Origin: a virus
IMG/VR virus record: IMGVR_UViG_3300045988_109836
Length of the DNA stretch: 64,000 nucleotides
Reading direction: 5' to 3' (one strand)
Shown: positions 25,801-32,061 of the stretch, piece after piece
Position numbering within the stretch: position 1 is the stretch's first letter
Layout of the letters: every line of letters begins with the position of its first letter
The notes under the pieces: model-generated
Seen by the model: the letters and a program-made list of their open reading frames with translations, nothing else
Told to the model about the DNA's origin: nothing
Database searches by the model: none
Translations under genes and position numbers: made by a program

Positions 25801-27089
25801 TTGTTTCCTATTGTTATATATGCACCCGGTACGGCTACATTCTTGGTATTTGTCACTGTAAACGAACACAAATATTTCTGTGACGCTATGACTGATTGCG
25901 ACCCTTTATATATATCACTTTCCCCTGCCGGATAGAAAATATTGGATAGACTGCTTCCCGAATCATACAAGATGTTTCCTTCCAAATCTCGCATTCTGAA
26001 ACCCTTGATACGCGGCAACATGTTCAAAGGAACCTCTTCGTCAAAGTAGGGGAAGAAGTATTCATCTGGTACATATTTCACGCCTTCTGCTGTCTTCACG
26101 ACTTCCAACAAATCATCCCATTCTACCTTTTTACCTGCTTCCCAGAAACGGAAATCAAGATATTTTGTCATTGCAATCTGGATATTTTTTCTTACATCCG
26201 CAATCACTGCATTAGGTGACAATTCCACACGGAAATCTACCCCCTCTTCACCACCTACATACATCCATTTTGCATTTTCAATCACTATTCCAAGCGTATT
26301 CCCTTGCAAGTCAAGTTCTGTCAATCCGAAATAGGGTGTTGCTTTTGTCAATAATTCTTCCAATTCATCATCCGTAAAGAAAGAACCGTTTTGCGTCACA
26401 AGGTAGATATGTGTCTTTCCATCCTCGCCCAAACCGACATTCATAACCTTTAGAATGCGTGAATCCAAATCCTGGAATATCTGTGTCCAGCCTTCCATTG
26501 TATCGGTGGAAAGCTTGTTGTTGTAATTTATTATTCTGTTTCTGAATGTCTCGTCGTCCTCATAGTCACGTCCACCAATAGCTGCGTATTCATTAGTGCA
26601 CTCTATATGTGTCAACGGTCTTGGCGATACCTCTGTAATACTATTCGCCTCCACATTCGTAGCCGACCCGGTTATAACACTGCGTACACTGATATATCCA
26701 TATCCCGACTTATCAACAGTAAACGGCTGGTCTACAATGAATTGTACTCCATTCTTTGATATAAACTTTGTGCCTACCTCGTACTGTGTACCTGGTTCAG
26801 CGAATACACGTACATAAGTAGAGGAACCAAGCGCTTCTTTTCTCGGACTGACACCGAACAACGCTGCCGACTTGTCAAGATAATTTCCTGTTGCCGATTT
26901 CGGGAAAATCTGTGCCTCCACTATGGCAATATCCTTTATCGCTTTTTGTGCCACCTTTGCGGTGCCATAGGCAACACCATTAAGTACAGAACCGTCCGCA
27001 ATATTTGAAACACGGTCGGTCTTGTTCAAGAACATTTCAATCCACAAATTTTTTAAATTTGCAATCGTATTCGCTGTTTTAGTAATCAT
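16827..27089 (-). CDS. baseplate-J-like wedge protein fused to a giant repetitive tail fibre (3420 aa); C-terminal 484 aa encoded inside the invertible segment
   Basis: The N-terminal ~390 aa have baseplate J (P2 gpJ / T4 gp6-like) character: ..GSVLNGVAYGTAKV.., ..YLDKSAALFGVSPRKEA.., ..GGRDYEDDETFRNRI... Next come carboxypeptidase-regulatory-like repeats. Five ~200-aa tandem modules occupy about 19450..22300. The variable tip lies downstream of IR-R. Confidence 0.85.
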   Translation of the reverse strand: MITKTANTIANLKNLWIEMFLNKTDRVSNIADGSVLNGVAYGTAKVAQKAIKDIAIVEAQIFPKSATGNYLDKSAALFGVSPRKEALGSSTYVRVFAEPGTQYEVGTKFISKNGVQFIVDQPFTVDKSGYGYISVRSVITGSATNVEANSITEVSPRPLTHIECTNEYAAIGGRDYEDDETFRNRIINYNNKLSTDTMEGWTQIFQDLDSRILKVMNVGLGEDGKTHIYLVTQNGSFFTDDELEELLTKATPYFGLTELDLQGNTLGIVIENAKWMYVGGEEGVDFRVELSPNAVIADVRKNIQIAMTKYLDFRFWEAGKKVEWDDLLEVVKTAEGVKYVPDEYFFPYFDEEVPLNMLPRIKGFRMRDLEGNILYDSGSSLSNIFYPAGESDIYKGSQSVIASQKYLCSFTVTNTKNVAVPGAYITIGNKVIITDSNGTANILLENGEYEYILSKTNWTQKKGEFVVLNNPIYININDFVATPYPVTFTVYEGEAPLQGVTVKTSVYTSETGEDGTATISLEPGIYEYTLEKAGFQTIESVFTVENQPVEVFQRMFLTTKEVNFAVIDRNRNIYVPEADIIIKDITETTDKEGQATIGLQTGRYEMKVVKKDYQELNKEIEVTAEDPNCILVEMTAIPYAIKFTVLDAATQMVLEGATIKINESTYLTDSEGVAIVSLPNGTYEYTAFKSGYMSVNDFVVVDGTEVSKIIELEQAFYTFRLTVRDIENGNYIQGAEIQINGETHITNVNGVSSITLPNGDYEYTVTHRNYKRYTGTVTIKDQDVPETIFLELRDTVITYTATDAITKDPISGVYIELINKGTGIKVDSGYTNDIGVLLLGAEAGEYTWNASHRYYNAVENQAVTLEKLKDIELPFTMTRKEIEPEVDVIESIPGVSGDATTVRFNGENTAETLSNDSYYYIVHTPENLIIPNKGATFDLMDYIKTFRRVELGGEDEPYNFADGGAELTFNVSSDDIASFKGSVLTVQPNTTRDAAARSFYVDVTITTPVSQVTVKIVAEQKAALNFNPVKAGIVVSVKNMYNSTVKEYTTNAQGKIFPEVMPGIDYQLTIKQKGFYENEGLLIKNWDFGASVPTLMEITASKRLELRVKQQNTLRPLENATIKVSGMSLPQTVTSGSDGSARVYISPIAMSYECTVADHTKKTGTFTPPLSVDYIDIIMGYAAMTFSLTLTANNPYSKAAESCPVTVTSAWGGTSSQAYSFSGTTNASGQLISQGNGNFNIPPGNYTITYGGGNSNFNSKTENIYLPTDKTHSAVLTRRTKSVTFTVKEIIPSISTTASNPVKTGLVLACYYNDNSTSSGVNVTTNASGQFTKTVYAGIAERFQVQPVGFYSGNGTTAIINYRDANTKDLVYTCSKRIPVYVISDLYGKLSGVTVVFSGMSVNQTQTTNTDGIVYMYLSPVNMSYSASKQYYTTKTGNFKPTGSETRMDIELAAKSYPVTFNVSTQGVLPPDGILVRIQNTVLKDLVFEGETNANGVVTMQNVPIGNYTYSVLAGEVTTDTFIHPQNENGTVLDVEVQYELINAGIQVSEIYGTAGRAFLANKTVTMTSRAGTIKLTLDENGYTNELLIKGLEYTFTTDSYSNFYSNPTQKYTWNEDGIIWKFDLNVTAKITVNVKDVYAKTNIQGVTVAYSEQIVKTDASGNASLYRSALSKEYSLDKDDYSTVNGTIAPTTASPLNVTMLRNKHVVTVQQYEVIPGGASVILDNNTNFTLAYTSAAGNGTVDAGKNTFEAYLGIPITFTISAPDRRPFYTNYQQTHIFTTSSEKWNMNLTCAKQITVNVKDNVPGTNVSGATVTYFSQTKTTDSSGNAVLYWSANTRNISVSASNLGSYTGQIAYNSPNPFNIIMTRAANPVTLVVREVTPAQTTYYQNLQIKYTAGSTTGTLTTNANGAVTFNGYIGTEMTFTVVGHPNFYSNPTQKHTYTAANQSWTMDLTVTAKITINVKSNVPSGTNLSGATVSYFHQTGKTDSSGNVSLYRSSVTRNVDVTATYHGNYRGSITSSTASPFNVVMTRSTATVSLSVSEVIPVTPKYMLEITTDASSAVTPGLGGFYLGTPTAANKEFVAYFRAKVPAGRQLVFASNATGDNTVRKWVDSNNGNGTGGWYTYAYYVRCGSTGSFSTTNFFYLNGGSRPVTWYLEMATVYDITGSNVQNASDATILSKCTYDKILNAYRDFFFDKGMNNVNVYNNSSGSNAVKITRKAASGTDTFVNFAMEQYSSMKMNFSPAASTSPLTLDANGSVSFVTYLGTPITISPVTRPNYYSNASQKITYTSAGQLINVWLACNQKITINTVANIYNTSNALLGTITYFGQTKASGGDFYRSGLDRQMTATAQYFNNYVGTVTATQTSPYTVTMNRTTRTVTLTVVEKIPNITATYPLSGAVIVRSVPTGSNAPAGEITLDGSGKKSNTVYAGINYTYTSKNYASYYSNASQEWTWVSENQSWTMTLNITARLTFNIKSSNYGTNISGVSCSYFGQTGTTDSSGNWTAYRSGIGRSYSFSKTNYNSLSGTLSAGQASPYSLKMSETSSSITFTIKDYYQGAVKGNANGCPVTLTNKSLSSVTFSGTTNSSGQVSFGPMIVGSYTLSWGGGTSYWVAGSTTITMPLATTTQNAVRLTKSVGTEFRLKIPFSTPVLGWWGTANLVKPVFTTAGVATTVSLTANNVVYYLATYTWIAGLTTTITAKLANYFVTGTTTTETPYSITPNYNFSNIGHNSDATAFYSTAIKSMTVIVRNIYTGAAVSGATINMYGINGSYQTSGEVGAGHATQTVTTNSAGQATVYVSGLTNRYVVTATRYVTSNTTSNNTGGLTINLTPSEVTITINVNNVSTGSRVGSGVIVKLSSNNSSTSYSGTTNTSGQVVLKIKPGNYWWEAGGSTTWGGTGTGNFNYPNRSTTSISFVQDSTITIEALKVGVWVKDEFSSSNFGRDATSRKNSYSGLYVEPVIEANKTYPSSSCAAVLTYDPSKVNELEMINLKTVASLFVDSPNVYGVSTFFDSNRANGSYRLYGYSHIQGSFYLSPSSNGDFQNLNYVCCGFSGANRLTWGQLNIRKGFLNYVKGDNDSTLGSVFQNSNNYSVRNSLCVLVTQEEVNSINESINSQEIIAIPETPNNNNQISIRLQSWDIGSSMSSYSLKVNGPTVGRKINIFFYKRVYINLSKHQLILFVYGPQKTFSEENLTFDFYVLVWKGSSTWNYIKGSSSLQYWHCYNNIPSSITNNMGGNVWMSKDKRFMFYVGKGSGGASKGINIVRSTSVLVNENGWAATSITINDNFVSELRSTLANYYVLDVIFNKDGSKMIVLCNGQKGAQGGAIIANSYVEGIHPTNIFCFEMLNGGKWINIPYNIVGFTNFWNKYNASGSGKLRPFFSINQNYLGNTWDMSYVYPSYSENATAYYASLTFND
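18280..18360. repeat. right arm of the perfect 81-bp inverted repeat (IR-R), inside the fibre ORF
   Basis: Encodes residues 2911-2936 (NRSTTSISFVQDSTITIEALKVGVWV) of the 3420-aa protein. It is the reverse complement of 15240..15320. Confidence 0.93.
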
Positions 27090-27100
27090 TGTAAATATAT

Positions 27101-28018
27101 TTAAATAGGAACATTAATAACAAAATCTTCTCTCGTCACAGTTGTAGCCTTCACCTTCATAAATACCGCATCTTCTTTTTTTATCAAATCAAGAAGCTCT
27201 GCACTCGCCCATCGGTTATCTCTTTGGAACATGTTCATAAGAGCCTTGAATATTACCGGGTATTGTATTGCGTTCGTTGTCTGCCCTACAAAATCAGATG
27301 GCAGTCCATAATCTTTAAATTCCGGAATACAGCCTTTCAAAGCCTCTAATATGATTTTCAACGCCTGCTCCATAGATGTACCGAATTTCTTTACCTTCAA
27401 ATCATCATTCTTAAACTCGAATTCCGTATCTATGTCTTTGCCCAGCACGTTCTCGCCTACCAGTGTATCTACCACATTATCCACATAGTTTACACCGATA
27501 TTGCGAAGATTTACGGCAAAAGTATTGCTTCCTTGTCCTGCCTTATAATCCTCTTCTATAATGTATTGTGGTGTGGTTATAGAAGTCCAGTCGTCCTCCG
27601 GGTCCGTCATTGCAATTTCTTCCGCTACATTCTCAAACGTCTCGCCTGTCCTTAGCTGCTTGTCAAGCTGTAGGGTGTTCTGTCTTCCAAGCGTTGCACT
27701 TCTTAACCATCTGTCAGAATTTTTTATTGTCAATATCTTTGTTTCCACTTCCGAAAAGTTATCCAGTATTTCCCACATAGAAATATCGTCCAACTTGTTT
27801 TCATGAAGTTGAAACATGGGTTCTACGATATTGATTTGCGCAATCATCTTGTCAAGTTCATAGAATGACTGTGCGTTTATCTCGCCTCCCTGGTAGTAAT
27901 CCACTATATAGGGATAATGATTGTTGCAGAAGTCCACATAACTCTGGAAGAACTTTTTTATGTCATACCCGGTTATATTCTTAAATTTGGCGTATGCCGT
28001 TTCCATCACTGCATCCAT
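27101..28018 (-). CDS. baseplate component (hypothetical)
   Basis: 305 aa, ATG start, located between the spike/hub genes and the baseplate-J fusion. Assignment by position only. Confidence 0.5.
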   Translation of the reverse strand: MDAVMETAYAKFKNITGYDIKKFFQSYVDFCNNHYPYIVDYYQGGEINAQSFYELDKMIAQINIVEPMFQLHENKLDDISMWEILDNFSEVETKILTIKNSDRWLRSATLGRQNTLQLDKQLRTGETFENVAEEIAMTDPEDDWTSITTPQYIIEEDYKAGQGSNTFAVNLRNIGVNYVDNVVDTLVGENVLGKDIDTEFEFKNDDLKVKKFGTSMEQALKIILEALKGCIPEFKDYGLPSDFVGQTTNAIQYPVIFKALMNMFQRDNRWASAELLDLIKKEDAVFMKVKATTVTREDFVINVPI

Positions 28019-28032
28019 CCTTTACCCTCCTT

Positions 28033-28809
28033 TTATAACAACGTTGCTAAAGAAGCCGCCAAATCATTTACGCCTTTCTGTATTGCTGCGGCTGTACAAA
28101 TTTTAGTGAGTGCCGTTTTTGCTTTCTGTTCCCCTGCTACAGCTTCCAAAGGCGCTATCGCTGTCATTGTAAGCGAATATTCCCAAATCATATTGCGCTG
28201 CAAACTCTGATTTAATACCAACCCTGTAGGGGGCACAACTACCAAATAGCTCTCACCCAAAGCCATATTATAAAAGTAAAGACGGAATGGCAAACCGTCC
28301 TTATCCACACCGTTACTTTTTGATATGATGGCTTGCAATATCTTCGTACATCCATATCCATTTTTTACAGACGGGTCAAATGAAGCTGATTTTAAAGAAT
28401 TTGTACTTTTCCCCGAAACATCGCTTAAACTCCATTTCCCGGCTGATAGGCTATAGGCTGCACCCGCCAGACTTGACGCACCACCACCAAGCGACAAAAG
28501 CAATTTAAATGTTCGTCCGAAATCCCCTCTTATCGTTATGTCCTGCGGTACAAAAGTAGGAGAAGACAACACCGTAACGCCCCCTGCCGTATTCCTTATG
28601 TTTTCCCTTTTTGCTTCCGTTTTGCTTATCGCATTCGGGTTAATCGGGAACGTGAAAAAATCTATCGTATTGTTCTTTGAATCCGCCAATTCAAGCGTAC
28701 AAAGATACACCTCAAAATCATTAGGAAATTGAGATGCAAGTAAAGCTCTTCCGGCTGTCTCTATCAAAGACCCTGCTTTCTGTATTGCTGATTGTGCGAC
28801 GTTTGCCAT
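28033..28809 (-). CDS. baseplate/tail structural protein (hypothetical)
   Basis: 258 aa. ..FFTFPINPNAISKTEAKRENIRNTAGGVTVLSSPTFVPQDITIRGDFG.. resembles the conserved beta-core of contractile-tail baseplate proteins. Call rests on position plus weak pattern similarity. Confidence 0.5.
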   Translation of the reverse strand: MANVAQSAIQKAGSLIETAGRALLASQFPNDFEVYLCTLELADSKNNTIDFFTFPINPNAISKTEAKRENIRNTAGGVTVLSSPTFVPQDITIRGDFGRTFKLLLSLGGGASSLAGAAYSLSAGKWSLSDVSGKSTNSLKSASFDPSVKNGYGCTKILQAIISKSNGVDKDGLPFRLYFYNMALGESYLVVVPPTGLVLNQSLQRNMIWEYSLTMTAIAPLEAVAGEQKAKTALTKICTAAAIQKGVNDLAASLATLL

Positions 28810-28847
28810 AATCTTTTCTTATCGTTTTCAAAAATACAAAATAAATA

Positions 28848-29894
28848 TCAATCCGAAAAAGTTACCGTGCTTTTTATTCCGTCGAACTGTAACGGATTCA
28901 CAGCCGATACCGCACCGACACCTGCCCCGAATCCGGCTTTTCCGCCGTCCATCGCTGCCGAACCTGCAAGCGCTGTTTGCCATGCGTTCTTTAATGTCAT
29001 TATCTGATTTTCTACATTGTTCAACAACTGTATCAAAGTGTTGGCTAATGTCAAAGGCTCTTTCGCATTGTTTATATTCACCTTCTGCCCAGTTATAAGT
29101 TTTATTAGGTTCTGCGTCAATTGAATCATTTCCGCATCATTGTCATAGCCCAGCACTACACCGCTTTCATCCATTGTTATATGGCTTTTCCCGTCGTGAA
29201 AATTGACATCTACCGTATTAGGGTCTACCTTTACCGTTGTCGTCTTGTCCTGGACCTTCCATGTAAAATTAGCCTCTTCCTGGTTTATCGTCAGTCTTCG
29301 TATCTCCTTGTCCTTTTCTTTTACATCCTCAACCACATTCACGACTTCCGTAACGACTTCATTGTACCCCGTTACTTTCACTTTCTTAGAGGCTATTATT
29401 TCCGCTTCTCCCGAACTTTGCAATCTTATCTTGTTCTCCTCATTGCCTCCCAGTGTAACGTTGAAATTTACGGGTTTCTCGATAGAAGTAACATTCACAT
29501 TCCATTCCCGGTTCCGTGGGTCTATCGTCATTGACATGGTAACGTCTTTTATCTGTTTCTTAATACGTACAACATCCTCGCTCCATGCCGGGACCTCATC
29601 ATTTCCAATAAACGTTCCTATCACTATAGGCTGGTTCAAAAACTCACCGCTTGCTATAACTACTTGTGCTCCAAGCTCTCCAGGCTCTTCCGGAAACCAT
29701 ATATTATTAATCGCCTCATTTGTAATACGCACGTCGTTTCTGAAAACACCGCCTTCCATCATAACGGCAACAAGATTAGTACGGAAAACGGTATCTATGT
29801 AACTTTCCCTGCCTACATCTGTAGGCAGCACTATATACCCTTTTGATATATACGGCAAATTGTTATTACTTATCCTTGGTTTTCCTCCTGCCAT
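28848..29894 (-). CDS. putative baseplate central spike protein
   Basis: 348 aa. N-terminal OB-like segment ..GAQVVIASGEFLNQPIVIGTFIGND.., then a repetitive beta-strand region ..VNFNVTLGGNEENKIRLQSSGEAEIIASKKVKVTGYNEVV... One-nt overlap (TAATG) with the upstream gene. Confidence 0.45.
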   Translation of the reverse strand: MAGGKPRISNNNLPYISKGYIVLPTDVGRESYIDTVFRTNLVAVMMEGGVFRNDVRITNEAINNIWFPEEPGELGAQVVIASGEFLNQPIVIGTFIGNDEVPAWSEDVVRIKKQIKDVTMSMTIDPRNREWNVNVTSIEKPVNFNVTLGGNEENKIRLQSSGEAEIIASKKVKVTGYNEVVTEVVNVVEDVKEKDKEIRRLTINQEEANFTWKVQDKTTTVKVDPNTVDVNFHDGKSHITMDESGVVLGYDNDAEMIQLTQNLIKLITGQKVNINNAKEPLTLANTLIQLLNNVENQIMTLKNAWQTALAGSAAMDGGKAGFGAGVGAVSAVNPLQFDGIKSTVTFSD

Positions 29895-32056
29895 TATTCA
29901 AGTCCTCCAAAAAATTTTCTGTTCAAAAAATAATCAAACTGTTGCTTGTCAACTTTAGGGTTATCGTAATTCGTTATCTCTCCACTTTCTGCTTCCTTTG
30001 CCTTTTGCCTCAATCCGCTTAAATCCACCAACTTGAAATAATCTGGCGTAAATCCAGACGCTGATTTTTCAGAAACGGAGTTGTCATTTCTTTTTACTGC
30101 TTCCATCAGATTTCCTTTCAGTATAGGAACATAGAACCCTCTTTCTACCTGCAAAACTGTACGTCTGTCCACCCCGTCACGATTAAATGATATGGTATTG
30201 GTTACATTCGTCACATAGAAAAATTCGTTCGTACTTTGATTCAGTACAAAGGTGCCTATCTTTATACGTCTGTCTCCGTTTATTTCAATTGTTCCACAAC
30301 GTGTAAAAGGCACGTACATATTACTTTCAACAAGATAAATCAAGTCGTTCAACATCGTTGCCTGGTAAGTAGAAAATATCTTCTTGTTTTCCGCTCCGTT
30401 CTGTATCATACGAATACAGTACATGTCCACGAAATCCATCTTTCTGTTTCCCCATCTTTCTACATATTCTTCCAGGTACACAATAGGGACAAATGCCAAT
30501 CCCGGCTTGTCTTTTCCACCAACTTGTGAATTCTGTCCGTGTAACTGGAACCAGGTGTAAACCCGTGGGTCATAACTCAAATTATAGGAGATAACGTTGT
30601 CCGGCGTTATGGTTATATAGTTTTCCGACTTGAACGCATCCTTTATCGCCTTTTCCGTAAACGGGGGTTGTCTTACAATAATGTCTATCGTGTTTATATA
30701 GGTGTCAAAGAAAAATTCTGTCAAAGGATATTGACAAATCCTGTCCATATATTCCATCAACGTTCCGTTCGGATTTCCAAGGCCCGTATCGGTCACAATC
30801 CTTTCCATTATTTCGTTGGATATCTCCAGTTTCACAATCTGCCATATTCCACGTACCGGGACACCGCTTGTTCCGGGTATATCATAAGCGCTTGTTCTTT
30901 TGTCCTTCCAGGAAGAAAACACATCATCCTTGCATACCCCGATAGAAGACATTATGTTTATGATGAACCAGATACATTCGTTTATCGTCTTGTACCCCAA
31001 ATTCCATATAAACTGGTATGCTCCGCCTATTACATTTCTCCCATCCCATACACCACCAGTTTTCCGCGCCAACCAATTCTGCACCGTATTATTGACGTTT
31101 TCAAGCGGTATAAAATAACTTCCATCCTCTACAAACATCTTTGTAATGTCCCGTCCGCTTATAACAGTGCTCTTTGAATTGTCTTCCGAAGAATAGGTTT
31201 CCATTACGCTATCTACAAAGCCTATCATATCCCACACGTTATAATTCGGCCCGTTATTTGCAAGCTTATTCAGAGATACAAACAAGTTGTTGGCATCCTC
31301 ACTGTCCGAACTCCCTTCAAGCCTCAACCGTTCAAACCGGACAAACACTATATCGTTTATCTGCACCACCTTTTCAAGATATGATTTGTAATCATATCCT
31401 TTAGGTGTCACAACCGGGAATATATCATAATATCCAGCCCCGTACACATTCGATAAATTAGCATCCTTAAAAGGCGTTATATTGATTGAAAATGTTCCGT
31501 TCTTGAATCCCTTGTCAGTAGAACAAGTATTTACAAACTGGCTTACATCCACCACCTTGTTTATCGCCTTGCAATATATCCATACCTTTATATTGATAGG
31601 CTGTACTTTCGTTCTTACCGCCTTCTCCTCGTCCATTGCGACAACGTTATCCGGCACATACCCCTCCTTATCTTCCAAAAGCTTTTTCAAGTTTTCGGAC
31701 CAATAAGCGGAAAACGGGCGTTGCTTCATGAACATCTCGCTTTTTGCCGCCTTCTGAATAAGCAAGGGAGAATCTTTTATGGTGAAAGATAGAGGTGTAT
31801 TCGGCTTTATATACGGCAAATCCTTGCTGGAATACTCGGCTTTATATTTCTCTTTCTCCCAATCGTCATATGTAGCCCATATAGCATCCAGGTTTGATAT
31901 TCCGGACACCTCGTTTACAATATCCATAAATTCCGGAACCGTCAGTTTTTTTGCTTCTGGTGTATCTGGTCCCAATCCCTTTTGCCACTCCTCTATAAAA
32001 GTTTTAGGTGGAATATTGTACTTATAACTCTGTATGTTAAATATATTTACTTTCAT
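29894..32056 (-). CDS. putative baseplate hub / distal tail protein
   Basis: 720 aa, immediately downstream of the tape measure gene. Assignment by position only. Confidence 0.5.
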   Translation of the reverse strand: MKVNIFNIQSYKYNIPPKTFIEEWQKGLGPDTPEAKKLTVPEFMDIVNEVSGISNLDAIWATYDDWEKEKYKAEYSSKDLPYIKPNTPLSFTIKDSPLLIQKAAKSEMFMKQRPFSAYWSENLKKLLEDKEGYVPDNVVAMDEEKAVRTKVQPINIKVWIYCKAINKVVDVSQFVNTCSTDKGFKNGTFSINITPFKDANLSNVYGAGYYDIFPVVTPKGYDYKSYLEKVVQINDIVFVRFERLRLEGSSDSEDANNLFVSLNKLANNGPNYNVWDMIGFVDSVMETYSSEDNSKSTVISGRDITKMFVEDGSYFIPLENVNNTVQNWLARKTGGVWDGRNVIGGAYQFIWNLGYKTINECIWFIINIMSSIGVCKDDVFSSWKDKRTSAYDIPGTSGVPVRGIWQIVKLEISNEIMERIVTDTGLGNPNGTLMEYMDRICQYPLTEFFFDTYINTIDIIVRQPPFTEKAIKDAFKSENYITITPDNVISYNLSYDPRVYTWFQLHGQNSQVGGKDKPGLAFVPIVYLEEYVERWGNRKMDFVDMYCIRMIQNGAENKKIFSTYQATMLNDLIYLVESNMYVPFTRCGTIEINGDRRIKIGTFVLNQSTNEFFYVTNVTNTISFNRDGVDRRTVLQVERGFYVPILKGNLMEAVKRNDNSVSEKSASGFTPDYFKLVDLSGLRQKAKEAESGEITNYDNPKVDKQQFDYFLNRKFFGGLE

Positions 32057-32061
32057 CGTTC

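Noticed and set aside
16827-27089. Possibility that the repetitive fibre is the target of a diversity-generating retroelement.
   Set aside because: No reverse-transcriptase-like ORF is present. No template/variable repeat pair with adenine-specific mismatches was seen in the window. The only exact long repeat is the 81-bp inverted pair.
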